Position numbers and translations under genes: made by a program | From: Trichinella spiralis | Taxonomy: Eukaryota | NCBI RefSeq assembly: GCF_000181795.1 | Contig: NW_003526941.1 | Coordinates: 626,266-690,265, forward strand | Length of the DNA stretch: 64,000 nucleotides | Reading direction: 5' to 3' | Shown here: positions 34,500 through 47,529 of the stretch, piece by piece | How the letters are laid out: the number at the start of each line of letters is the position of its first letter | Position numbering within the stretch: position 1 is the first letter of the stretch | The notes under the pieces: generated by a model | The model's database searches: none | What the model was told of the DNA's origin: nothing | What the model saw: only the letters and a program-made list of their open reading frames with translations

Positions 34500-35534
34500 C
34501 TAGCCTTGTAAAGCTCGAGTACCACTGATCAAGCTTCGCATATTCTGGCATATGTCAGCATTTTGACGCATTCTTTGACAAAATTTTGGTATCAGTCCTT
34601 CAATTATTCTTTTTATTGTTGTCGGAGGCTTATTGCCACTTCCCAAACAGTTCAACAATTCATCAGTGTACTTCTGCGCGTTGGGTTCCAACTGAGAACA
34701 CGCACACTCGACTACGTTTTTCTTGATATTATCAAGTTCTGCCTTACAATTTGGAGTCAGTCTAAAATAACGTTTAATGTAGTCATTAAAAACTGAAATT
34801 CTGAATTCTTACTTGGCACTGCATGTTTCTTTTGCTTGACAAAGTTCATTGATGAAATTTTTAATCTGTCCCTTGGCGCTGTTCACTATGGGAGTGAGGC
34901 AGTTTTCTGCTTGTTGGCGATTGGCTGCTGGACAGACATTCGGATTATTAGCCATGTGCAACAGTCGACTTAATTTTCTGTAAATGAAAATGCAATATGA
35001 AATTTGAATTAAGTTTTTTCAAAGTATATCTTATATATATATATATATATGTTTTTACTTTTGTCCAGACGGCAAACTGAATGGAGAATGTTCTCCACCT
35101 GGAAGATTCCTCAAAAACAGATCAGGAAATGAAAATCCTGGTATCTTATTTTTTACACATCCTTCAACGCTTTTCCCAAGATCTTGGAAAACACTTTTTC
35201 TGCATTGACTTTTTTGGTTACTACCGACGGCGAATTTATCAGCAGGAGCATGACAACCAGCTCTGAATAAAATAAAATAAAATATTGCATCGTTTGATTG
35301 AATTCAATAATCAGCAGTGTATGTATGAATGTCAATATAATAGTACTTATCAAAGCAAGCTTTAGCTTCGTTTAGCTTGGTTTGCACATCGGCACTACGC
35401 AGAAAGCTGTTAAATGTGTTGGACATGCAATTTTTGAATTGTTCAAATTCTCCATTACATGCTGCTGATGCTTGGATTTCGGTTATTACAAAAAGAAGTG
35501 ATAAAAGCAGAATTAGAAGCGTGGCACATTGCAT
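34500..35534 (-). CDS. Secreted cysteine-rich protein of unknown function, 4 exons, about 272 aa
   Basis: Signal peptide MQCATLLILLLSLLFVITEIQA. Three phase-2 GT-AG introns give one continuous frame ending RALQG-TAG, with 16 Cys in the mature chain. Confidence 0.85.
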
Positions 35535-35590
35535 GGTGTTGAATAAATTGAAAATCGTCGACTTTTGTTTGCAGCTTTCAGTGTTGTTGT

Positions 35591-35598
35591 CTTTTATA
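35591..35598 (-). promoter_or_regulatory. Possible TATA box (TATAAAAG) about 57 nt upstream of the secreted-protein ATG
   Basis: Consensus match at a plausible distance, but weak in such AT-rich DNA. Confidence 0.3.
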
Positions 35599-36799
35599 AG
35601 TGAATTTAATAATTTAAACACAACAAGAAAACGAAAACTGGTACAGTTGGTACAGTTATTGAAAAAGACATAAATAAGGAGAAATTGTGGCTAAACCAGT
35701 CGCTTTTCTGTTTCAAATGCCTTCATCGTTTACCCTATTTATTCGTCTGATTGATATCTCGCACAATTTTGAAAATCTAAACTGTTCGCTTAATTATTTT
35801 GATGTTTCTTCCTTCAGTTTATTTGTAGGTTAATGTGAATAAACCGATTCAACAACTGACAATTTTTTTCAACTGGCTAACATTAGCATGTCGGAATAGT
35901 TTTTTCTTACATCCTACACCTTACTGATTTCAGTTATTTATTGAACAATAATGGGAAATTTCTAATCGTTTAGCAGAGTACATTAACATTAGAAAGTAGA
36001 GGATGTCAATTTGACAGAAAAACGGCATTTATTATTTGCAGTTCTTTCTTTGCATATCTTTGTTGTATATTTGCAATAGTAAATTAATGGCAGTAATGTT
36101 GTCGACCAATTCAAATTGCAGAAAAACGTCAATTTTCCTTGACCACGTAATACTTTGATAAAACTTTTTAATTTGAAAAAGTAACTTTCACTTGACGAAA
36201 CATAATTAACAATCAAATTTCCGTTGTTTTCATTCGTTACCGTTCAACGTCAGGTCTACTGATACAATTTTAATCCATTTTTACCGTTAAATTTCCCAAC
36301 AGTTTTAAATAAGAAAGCTGAATATTTTATTTAGAAAAAAAAATCATAACTTCAGTTTATTTACGACGATTTTCCCAAAAGTGAAATCATATCCATTACT
36401 TTTAATTTGTTCAAACTATTCTGCGTTAACTTATTCAGTCATGTAATTGTTAAAGTTTTCAACAAAAAGCAATGAATCTCATAATACATTTATAATTTTC
36501 CCTGAATATATAGTACAAATTATAGTTTACTTTTGAAAACTTTCACTGAAATTTAGACTAACAATAATTTCTGCCACACTATTCAAAATTAATTACATAT
36601 ATATGTGATCTGTATGTTTATGCACAATGTATTACTTCACATATATTTTATGATAAATTTTTTATTAGAAATGTTACATTTATTTAATCGTTTATAGTAT
36701 AAATGCACTAAAATATGCAAGTTTAATTGTACTTGAATGTATTTTTCAGTAGGCGTATGCTACAGTAAGCATACATTGAACTTTCCGTGGAGGTAGAAC

Positions 36800-39248
36800 A
36801 TGAAGTTTGAAAAGCGTATTGTTGCGCTTATAGATATGGATTGTTTTTATGTTCAAGTGGAACAGCGCAATAAACCGGAACTCTGGGGTAAGCCTGTAGC
36901 TGTTGTGCAATACAATGAATGGCGCGGAGGAGGGTGAGTTCTTTTTCAAACGATATTATCATAATTTAAATGATGTTTCCCCGTATTGAACACTTCTTAA
37001 AGTGACAATATTTGGTTATTTGTATGGTTATGCGAGCAGACTGAAGTTGATGAATAATGATGTGGAAAATTTGTAGAATTATTGCTGTCGATTATGAAGC
37101 TCGTCATTATAACGTAAAACGTGGTATGCGTGGGCAGGATGCGTTAGCTGTTTGTCCAGAAATACATTTAATTCAAGTTCCTACACAACGAGGAAAGGCA
37201 GATTTGACAAAGTACAGAAAGGCTAGTGAAGAAGTTTTTCACGTGTTGTCTTTGTGTGATGCTGTCGTAGAAAGAGCGAGCATTGATGAAGCTTATCTAG
37301 ATTTAACTGCAATTGTCAAAAAAGAGCTTCTCGATATGAGAACAGAAGGCAGATACATTGCTGAAGATGCACTAAAAGATACGCATCTTGCCGTGAAGCA
37401 TGATTCTATTGAAAACATTGAGGCTCTTATCAGTTTGGCAAACTCTCTGATGCGAAACGATATTATCGACGAGAATGCTGAGGGAATTGTATTGCATGTT
37501 ATAGGTGCTGTGTTAGTGAATAGAATTCGTAAGCAAATTTTTGAAAAAACTAATTTTTATTGCTCTGCTGGTATTGCTGTTAATAAGGTGAAAGAAAATT
37601 TCTAATTCGACGTAAAGTTTCATAACATTGAAAATTAATTTTAGATGCTAGCAAAATTAGCCTGTGGACTTAACAAACCAAAACAGCAGACAATTGTATT
37701 ACCTTCTTCAGTCGCCGAATTTTTCTCAACTGTCCCTATACGTAAAGTGTATGGAAATTATTTGCAGTATTTGTGATCTTTTTTGCATTTATAAATATTT
37801 AAATTTTAGTAGAAATCTGGGCGGAAAATTGGGTTACAAGATTACGAAGCATTTTGAAATTGAAACAATGCGTGAACTGGCCAATTTGAATCCGTCGTTG
37901 CTTGAGAAATTTGTTGGCGAAAAAACGAAGCTAGTGCTGTTCAGTAGATCATATTTTCAAATAAATAAATCCATTCAATTTATAGGAATTGGCTTTTGGA
38001 ACTTTGTTGTGGTATTGATAGAGATCCAGTGGTAATCAGACAGTTGCCAAAATCTATTGGTTGTAGTAAGAATTTTCCTGGTCGAAATGCTCTCCGATCT
38101 GTCAACGACGTATCAAAGAAAAGAGAATGTTTTTTTCTATCATGCTAATTGATGCGCTTTTCCAGGTTCGCCATTGGACACGACAACTTTCAGAGGAACT
38201 CGAGGAGAGGCTGGTTTCTGACAAAATATCTGTAAAACAATTTCACTTGAATTTAGCACATCTCGGTCGATAGTACAAATGTTATATTGCCTGTAGAATT
38301 GCCGTATTGCAAAATCTTTAACGGTAGGAATTCGAACTGAAGAAAAGCCAGAAAATGAGGCAAATTGTCACAGCAGCAGACAGACATTTTTGCGCGACTA
38401 CAGCGCTGAAGTGATTAGCCAGGACGCTTTCGGTTTGATTCAAGAATTTAATACAAATTCGGCAAAACAATCTTCCATCTGGTTGTATATCTTTGTAATA
38501 TTGTTTTCCACTGCTTGTTTGCAATGCGGAAATGAATTTACATTTCAGGAAGCCAGCTATTACAATGTTGAGCATGTCTGCTTCTCGGTTTGAAGATAGT
38601 GTCGATTTGGATTCGAAATTGATCACAGATTTTTTTAAACCTGCATCAACGACACTGTTGGAATGTGAAAATCAAGCGAAAGATGAAGATTGTTTTTCGA
38701 ATGCATACGATTCGAAACCTTCGTGTTCTAAGCACATGATGCAGTTGAAACGCGTGTTGCGTGGTGAACACGATTCGCACAGAAGCTTGCCACTGGATGT
38801 CCAAAATGCTCCTGCGGAACCAATGTTGTCAGTGGCTGAGGCAAGTGAAAACTTTTGTGAGAGTGGTTTAAATATTTTGAAATTGGAAGAGCAATCAATT
38901 GATGTGTCTAACGAGAAATCGAACAGCACCTGTGGAACTGAGGAAGGTAAAATTTATGAAGCTTGTTTTTCGAAAAACAAAAATCCCGAAACAAGTTACG
39001 ATCGCTTGATTCCCAATAATTTTGCGGATATATCTGAAGATGTGTGGAAAGAATTGTCGCCTCGTACGAAATGGGAAATTAAGAGTTATTATAAAGCTAA
39101 GCTTAATGGAAATCAGTCGATTAAGTCAAACAAACGATTGAAGGGAACATCGAAAATGAAAACCCAGAGCATTGCGCAGTCGCAATCATCCAAACCTGAC
39201 AACTGTGGTTTAATGAGATATTTTTCTCGTCAAGGAAAAGATACGTGA
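36800..39248 (+). CDS. POLH: Y-family DNA polymerase eta, multi-exon
   Basis: RIVALIDMDCFYVQVEQR, AVVQYNEWRGGG|IIAVDYEAR, GKADLTKYR, ERASIDEAYLD, CSAGIA, GLNKPKQQT, LGGKLG, PKSIGCSKNFPG, and a C-terminal PIP-like GLMRYF. Confidence 0.95.
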
Positions 39249-39744
39249 AATCGAAAAGTTGTTGATTAATTTTTGCGTTCATAAAGTTGTTGCGTCTGGT
39301 GAGCTTATTCTGTAAACTGTGATCATGTCGATTCGATTGCTCTGATTCGAACACACACGATTTATGCGTAAGTAAATTATGTCGGTAAATTTGAATTTTT
39401 TGAATTTAAAGTTCAGTTAACTTTGTATTATGCGATGCATTTTTCTAAACTATAAGCTCCAGTTGTTTCAGCAGGCACTTAGAATTGTCAGAGACTCTTT
39501 TATGAAATTAAAGAAATTGAATAACTTTAAATTGTAATTTTATTTTTAACAAAATATCCTTTGCATATCGAAAATATAAATGAAAATTAGCAGATCATGA
39601 CAATAAATTGAAGTGCAACAGGTACAAAGCCGATTGCATTTCACAGTGTTTCACATTTAATAATAATTTAGGATTTAATTTTTGAACAATTGTTACTTTA
39701 ATGTGAGAGAATTATTTTGAAATGTTAGGGATTTTTTGAAATTA

Positions 39745-40938
39745 TTATTCTTCAAAAGATGATGATGCATTGTTATCCTCGTTTGAATATTTCTTCAGTT
39801 CATCTGCTTCAGGTAATCTGTGTTTTTCTTCGGTATTTTTTGAGTATGTCTTTCTTTCATTGGATCGTTGATCACTCTATGAGAAAGAAAAAATTATTAG
39901 CCGATATTGTTAGCCAAGTGCATGTTATTTGAATATTTACTTTCCAACGTGTCAGAGCATCCATGCATCGACTTCTAGAACGTTCAAGGATAGTAGATTT
40001 GTTTGCATTTCCACGTTGATCTCGTATGAATGCATTTTGTCTTCTAATCAACGATGTGGGTTCTCTTCTTTTCAAAATATTACTCGATGGGTATGTTGGA
40101 TTCATCATTTCTTTATCGTATAATGTAAATAACGATCTTTGGTTTTTCTTGTAATAAGACTGTCTTTGTCGTATCAATTTCTCTATTCGCCTATCATGTT
40201 GACTTCGTTTAAACTTTTCTTTCAACAGTGGACTTTTAGGTACGATGATTTCATTCTTTGTCGAAGAAAAAAATATATCTCTTATTGTTTTCGTGTTTGT
40301 GCTTGTTGGTTGATCTTGCTTCGCGAAAGAAGCTACATTGTTCGAAAAATACCATTTAGAAAATTCACTGGGACTATAAAGAAGGAAAATATTTTTAATT
40401 TTTAAAATTACAGTTGTATGATATAACTTGCATTTCTGTGCGTTGTTCTTCAACGGCTTTTTCATTCAATTCAGTTGTGTCATTTTTGATATTTTCATTG
40501 ATCGTCGTCATCAATGGTGGTTCTGGCGATGGTGAATCTTTTTCATCACGGTTTTTCAAATCACATATTTTGTTACCAATAGTCAACGGATTTTTATTTC
40601 CGCTTTCAACACTATCAATGCTCTTCCTCTGAGAAATTGTCGGTTTGTGACATTTTATTTCTTCATTTATGGAATCTTCTACCTAGAAATGTTCAAAAAT
40701 ATCATCGGTATAAATTTTACTAAGAAAAATTTACTGCGCTTTCCGTGTAATCCAAAGTTTCCGAATTATCTATCATCATCAAATCTGTTTCGGAAATCGT
40801 ATTCAGAATAATCTGGAAAAATGTTTGTACTAAGCGACCGATGTAGCTTTGGCCCGATATTTGTCTTCGAATCCAATTTCCAAAAAAATAATAAGCGTAG
40901 AAGCAAAACAATGCAGAAACAACAGCATCGCCGTTCAT
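39745..40938 (-). CDS. Uncharacterised multi-exon protein with an N-terminal hydrophobic segment and a charged, probably disordered body
   Basis: Consecutive minus-strand ORFs bounded by splice-like sites: MNGDAVVSALFCFYAYYFFGNWIRR ... SSSFEE-TAA. One junction near 40330-40430 is ambiguous. Confidence 0.6.
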
Positions 40939-41352
40939 TGTTGTCGTCTGAAACAATAACCACTAATTGGAATGAATTCTGATTAATTTCACAGAGTAAA
41001 TTTAAACTATGAAGCATTACTTGTGGACAGTCAAAATTGCGTATGCAAGCTTTGAAAGTACTGCTCTGAAAGATGTTTTTAATCTATTGAAATGAAATTA
41101 CGGAAAATTTATTCTTTAAAATACCAAACTGTGTTATTTAAAGTGAATTTGAATTTGTTTAAAAAATTTTAAACCCTTTACTTTTCAAGGCGCAGCAAAT
41201 GAAGTACCTGAGATGGTTTTCTTTTAAATTTTACAAAAAAATGAATTATTAATCGACATCGTACAAACACCTAGAAGCAGTGATACATTTCAAATAATGT
41301 TCACACAATAAGAAGTTTTTGACTAATTAAAAAGACCATAATCAAATCACTC

Positions 41353-41370
41353 CCAGGTTGAGAACCCCTG
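41353..41370. mobile_element. Possible hAT/Charlie-type MITE terminus
   Basis: ccaggttgagaacccctg (reverse complement CAGGGGTTCTCAACCTGG) followed by atctagtg, resembling Charlie termini and their TCTAG-type target site. The partner end is not clearly found. Confidence 0.35.
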
Positions 41371-42635
41371 ATCTAGTGACTACGAAGAAGATTAGATTAT
41401 TCCAATTCTTCCCGACCAAAAATGCAAATAAACTTTTATTTGTTAATAGCTGTAAGCACCAGTCGATAAAATTAAGATTTTTGCAAATGCCGATAAGAAT
41501 GCAATTTACTTTAATGGCATTTTGAATTTATTATAATTACAAATCAATGTTAAAGATTGATCCTTATTTTCATTTTTGTTCTATCATTACTGTATATTCA
41601 ATTAATTATTAAGGAAAAGTTAACTTTCAAAAATGCAAATCGAACTGTGTTAGGCATCGAAAAATGTAATCTTAAAAGGAAGTCTCTTTCCAGGTAATTA
41701 ATTTACTTTGTATTTTTCTTTAAAATGTAAAAGTAAAGCTTGACGATTTATGAATATATGAATATATGAAAGCTTTGTAAGAGAACGTTAAAAATTATAT
41801 TGCTAAACGGCGTTTTATTAGCAATGACAGGTTTCAAATGATACTAATACTATTTAAGAACTTATTTCAGTTATGAATCATTTGTTTTGCATTTGTGTTG
41901 TAATTCACGATTTCACAAAAATAATTACATCATTTTTATTTCCAGCTCTCGAAGCTATCATGAAATCTGTTATGGATCTTCGACACAATACGATTAACAT
42001 TACACATCATTTAGCCAGTTTACAAATTTCTTCATGAAGTGAAAGTAAACGTCCATTGAAATGAAAATGAAATTACACACTTGATGATCGTCGACATCTG
42101 GAAAGATGACTTGTAAGTAACTCTAAAATGAAAATTTGATTAGCATATTTGAAGTTATATTTTCATAAAATATATGGCATTTTATATTTTAATCTACTAA
42201 GCCCGTATTACTAAACAGAAAATGAAAAATTATATAATTAGCAAGTTGTTGTAATGAATGGAAATTCTGAAATTACAAATGTGAACATTAGAAACGTTTC
42301 CAAAAGTTAACTTCAATAAATAAATAAATGAATAATCACTGAAGGAAAAATGAGAAAAGCGGCAAATAGTTGAAGGTTGATTTTCTCATGTTGTTTACGT
42401 TGATAATTTATTGTTTTCTTAATATTTCGAGTTTATCATTGGGTATATGATTTTAAGTAATTCAAATTTTTTCTCATAAATATATCATAAATGCGGATGG
42501 AATTAAATTCATACGATCCTTCGACGCTGTTCATTATTGGAAAGGTCAAGGAATGAAGAATTATTCAGAATTTCAGGATGCTTAGTTGTAATCAAAAATG
42601 ACACTAACTTTCACCAGTTTAGCATTACCATTAAT

Positions 42636-45600
42636 CTAATTGTCCATTTCATTAGTGGTTGTAAATTCTTGTTGATGACTGCTTTCAACCTCGTATTGCT
42701 CCACATTCATGGCTGAAACATTGTTTTGAAACATCTGGGACGAACCTGCGATTATTTCACTGCCATTGAATTGCTTTAATGAACCATTATCATATTCGAA
42801 GTCTTGATTATAGCTGTAAAAAGCAAAACATAAATGAAACAGTTTATTCTCAGAATTTGTATGAGGGAAAATTGATAGTGGTATTATTTCTTACAATACA
42901 ACAACAAAAATTAACATCTCTACCTAATTTGAGGTTGCACAATGTTCCAAAGAGGATGAAAAGTTTCATTTGCATATACCGCTTGTTGATTGTTTTGATA
43001 GTATGGATTTCCTAAAAGTGTAATAATAATTTCTTTAGATGAAAATTTAGCATGTTAAAGAACTGTAGACCTTCCGGCTGTGGGATAAACTGTTGATCGA
43101 ACGTTTCATGCGGCTGATAATAGGCATAATTTGCATTGAAAGCATGATCTGAAAATGTATCACTTTATAAAATTGCAGAGAATGTGACATGTAGTGGTTC
43201 ATTCTGTTGTGAATGGTATAATTACCGTTGATGTTGCCATGTGCACTGGCATTTTGTAAATTGTACTGTTCTCCAAACGTGTAGTGAAAAGGCTGCTCAG
43301 GAATGAACTGTTGTTCTGTTGTCATGTTTGGCGAAATTTGATGAAAATTTTTTGTCGTATTGTTTTCATAAATTCCATGAAAATTTGGTGAATATTCTTC
43401 ATTTGAATAGAACGAAGTATTTGGTTGTTCATAGAGACTTGAAGTAGATGGATAGTCGGAACTGTTATTTTGATGTGAGCTGTAATGGATGATGGAAGTT
43501 TGAAATTATTAAGTGACATATTGTAACTGTTAAAGAATTTAGTAGATTATGATGATAGATTGTAAATATTTATGTGTTCAATATGTTGGAATGTTTTATG
43601 AAAGCTACTGATTGGATGTTAATTTTATGAATTCTACATTGTAATTTATGATTTATTTATCTTAAATACTAACAGTTAGAAATGTTTTAGCTAAGGTTGA
43701 TGAGAATAAATAAACAATGAATACAGAGTTTTGGAAGAAGCAGTTTTTTGTATTGTATGACTTTTCAGAGTAGTACCTGTTGTTAGCTGATGGGTAGGTG
43801 TTTTCTATTTGTATGTAGTTGAATGGGCTGTGCATGCCCTTATAAGGATCATAAATTTGCGGGTATTCTTCTTCCTGATCGCTGCCCCACGGAAACTGAT
43901 GCTGATATAAATTTCTTATTTGGTTGGTGTCTTGAAATTGAGGAGTGAGGTTTTCATTTATAAAGCTATAATTTGCAATTTTATAATACTTTTTTAACAT
44001 AATTAGCGTAAGTATAGCTGAATGTGAAGAAACGTTTCATGCATTGAAATACGTAAAATGTTTGAAATTAGAAAAACACTGATACACTCAGTACCTGTTA
44101 ACTGTTGTTTCATTTAACAAATGCGAAGAAGTTTCATTTGCATAGGTAGAAGTGCGACTTGAACTTGCTTCACACATCCAATTTTCCAAGTTTTCATAAT
44201 TAGAGGTTTCTGTTGCTTTCATACTTGGTACTTCACTGTAAATTCCATTGCCTTTGCCGTAGTTATTATTCTGATTCTTGTTGCGCCGAGTATTTGCATT
44301 TTTGCTGTAATGAAAAGCCGTTATACATTCATGTGATAAATTAATTTTATTTTAATATTTAAGTGTTTGACAGTTTCAATATGCATGTTTTACTGTTAAT
44401 AATTTGAAATGCATATCATAAAATGCTGTATCAAACCTGAAAGGGGTGTGATAAACCTAAAGTGTAATCGTTAATTTTGATATATACAGTCAGCCCTCAA
44501 AATTCGCGGATTTAGCTATTCGAAGATTTTTTGACGAGGTTATTGATATTATTGCAAGAAGGGGAGTAAATGAAGCGTGTTGATAGGTATTAACAAAAAT
44601 GTCCTCGTTCAGAACAACCTTGAACAACGTAGATCGAAAAGCCGAATGTAGCTATGGCGACTTTACCAAATTGGAAGCCCTAACTAACCGCTACTTATGA
44701 ACAGATAAGTGAAAATTATAGTGAAGCAAAAGGAGGTGCTGCAAACGGGCGGTTGATTTGCGAAGCTTCAGTCTCACGATTTCTGAATTGATGATAAGCT
44801 TGGAAACTGGTCTAGACGTGCCTGGAAGCGCAGAACTGCCCTCCTAGGCTAGCATGGTTCAAATTAGAGTGAGATTAACGCAGAAGTTGAGTAAATATAC
44901 GTCATGCATGATGCTGGAGGCGCTTTCAATGGCTTATGTCCGCATATTGCTCCTATACTGTTAATTGCTGTGCAATATTTTTTGTTTTATACTGAGCTTT
45001 GCTCTTTGTATGTACTGTTCCCGTCCCGCTGATTGTTATGGGTCGGAGCGAATGTATATGTATGTACAGGAGAAAAGGAAGTAACAACTCGCAATAACAA
45101 TAAATGCTTTTTAAAAGAGATGCGCTGGACGGTCCATCTACTTCTGGTAAGCTTGTACGCAGGAACACCCCCATCATTTAAACTGTTATGAATGAAAAAA
45201 TAAAAATATGGGATAAATGCTTAGCATGCAAATTAGTACACGTCATGTCATATCCCGTGAAATGTTCAGGCAAATTCGTGAGACTATGAGGCATAAGCGG
45301 AACGAATGAATAGAAGCGGTAAGAATTCGCGGAAATTCGACATTCGGTTATACCGTTGAGGGAGAACTGTATAACGTAGATTGTAGTAAAATAATAAATG
45401 GCTTTTTTACCTTTTTTTCGTGGGATTTCCAACGTAGGTTTCAATTATTTCTCGTGCGGCATTCTTCAACTGCAGCTTTTTTAAACGCACATCCGTTTTG
45501 ATTCTTTCATAAATTTCTGCAGCCTATAACGAGGAGAATTTTATTTTCATCAGAATTTTATGAAATTTATCTATTATTCACCATTTGTGCCGTTAATTCT

Positions 45601-46322
45601 CCATTTCGATGGTGACTGTTCAGATGGGTTTTCATTGAAAGGTCCCACATGAAGTTTGCTTTGCATAACGGGCAAACGTAAAATCGGTCGTCGTTGTGGA
45701 TTCGCATGTGGTTGTAAAAGGCACCACGATTATTGTAGCATTTGTTGCACTCTTTGCAATGGAAAGGACGATGGCCATAGTGAATGTTTTGGTGATCCTG
45801 AAATAATACGAAAAACGATCTTTACTCTGTAATATTAATGAACATTCCGTTATAGTTTGTTAATTGCTAAATTTCTTCTCAAGTAATGTAATGCGCCTGA
45901 CGTATTAACCCTTCGAAAAAATTGTCCATTTATATGAGAGATGTTTGGTAAATCTATCACAGTTGTATAAGAATTTATCAAAAAATACAAGTAGGTAGAT
46001 AAATATAATTAATTATATGTTTGCCTAAATATCTTTTATCATAAAGTGATTTCAAAGTGAAAAGATTTTGAAGTAGTATACATTTGATTTTAACTGAAAA
46101 TTTTGAACAACGGTACATCAGTTTTTTTTTCATATTAACTTTTAATGAAAGCCAAATTTTAAAAAATGTTTCTACTAAAAATATGCACTTCAGTAATATT
46201 TGAAATGTAGTTGGACTATAAATACAAAATATTCTAAAATAGTAACAGTTTCTTACCGTGAGATTGGCCAGTTGGGAGAACGATTTTCCGCATATATTAC
46301 AGATGAAAGATTTGGAATCCAT
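42636..46322 (-). CDS. C2H2 zinc-finger protein, paralog A: three N-terminal fingers plus an N/Q/Y-rich tail
   Basis: MDSKSFICNICGKSFSQLANLT|DHQNIHYGHRPFHCKECNKCYNNRGAFYNHMRIHNDDRFYVCPLCKANFMWDLSMKTHLNSH. Downstream exons checked are phase-compatible and end EMDN-TAG at 42636-42638. Confidence 0.8.
42683..43394. repeat. Copy 1 of a near-identical ~710-bp direct duplication (partner 54424-55147)
   Basis: By eye the two copies match across exons and introns, apart from a few substitutions and one 12-nt indel. Confidence 0.95.
44487..45369. mobile_element. Non-autonomous Tc1/mariner-superfamily (Tigger/pogo-like) element in an intron of ZF paralog A
   Basis: TA|CAGTCAGCCCTCAA at the left and TTGAGGGAGAACTG|TA at the right form imperfect TIRs with TA on both flanks. 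Subterminal attcgcgga motifs occur near both ends, and the interior is GC-richer than the host. Confidence 0.75.
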
Positions 46323-47529
46323 CTGTTTCCGACGATACAGCTTTAATTCAGAGTTCAAACGACTGCTGTGCTCTCAGTGACAACACTCGCTGCGACAATG
46401 AACTTTTTAAATGTTTTATGACTTTTAATGTGTTTTAATTTAAACTACCACACTTTAAAATTTTAAATTCGAATAAGTTCAGAAAATATGTACTTGATTG
46501 TCAAATTTAAATTCAGATAGCAGATATTCCATGCACTTATTTTATATTTATCTTTCAAACTTTTAATATGTATGTATTAAAATGTATATTATTTGTTTGA
46601 CATGTTGGCGAAATTATTTGTTTGTAACGCAAAATGGTAAAGTTGATGTGTTGAGCTGATTCGTCGATAAATTATGTAGTTTGTTATATTTTGGAATTTG
46701 AATGAAATTAATTATATCTTTAAACGTTTAGATGCATTTTTCCACATTTTATTGTCCGTATTTTGTTTTGTATGAAATTATGATTTGATTCAAATTGTAT
46801 CCTGAATATCAAATTACCAATTTCTGATTTATTTTTAACTAATATTTTTCTTGTTTTTCAAATTGTTTTTAAGCGCTGGCAACAGTAAAATTGAAAAAAA
46901 ATTATGTAATTTCGAATAACATAAATAATAAAGGAAATGAAATGTATGATTCGTCTGATTGAAAAACATCTACTTTTCATCGTTGTGTGCCTGTATTGTC
47001 AGTGCGCTATTTATATAATGACTATTTTCGAGTTGACTTTGACAAATAAATTAATAAAATGATTTTATGTTATAAGGAGTTTGTGATTCCCTTTTATTTT
47101 TCCGTTTCAAGTAACGAGAATTCCACCAAAGAATAAAAGCATTCATTTATCACTGCAGAATCTGATGTCTTTTGGTGGAGCTACTGCTGTAGATGCTTTT
47201 ATGATGAATTTGTTATTTCTAAACAGCTTCAGTTCTTGGTCACATCTCCATTATGTACACAATACGAAAAATGACAAACTGCCCAGGGCAAGATATACGC
47301 CAATACCCCGCTCAGCGCTCATGACGCGTTCCTGAAAAAGCATGACGCTAAGTTGAAACAGCGTTGAACGGAATTGTTAGGGCATGTGTTTTATGGTTCA
47401 TCGGTACCAATGAAAGTTAGAATGCACACAACAAAATTTATTTGAAATTTTTATGAAAATATTTGCATAATTATGGTTGTGATGAAGCACCAGCATTTAG
47501 TTCTTGCGGCCTGGGTTTCTTGGTTATGC

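Noticed and set aside
39554..39562. ATATCCTTT, a perfect U12-type AT-AC donor motif
   Set aside because: It lies downstream of the POLH stop, and I saw no U12 branch site or following exon. Chance occurrence is likely in AT-rich DNA.
43047..43325. 92-aa ORF (and the 141-aa ORF at 54800-55225) as standalone genes
   Set aside because: They are exon plus intron read-through within the ZF paralog tails. Splicing gives a different, continuous frame.
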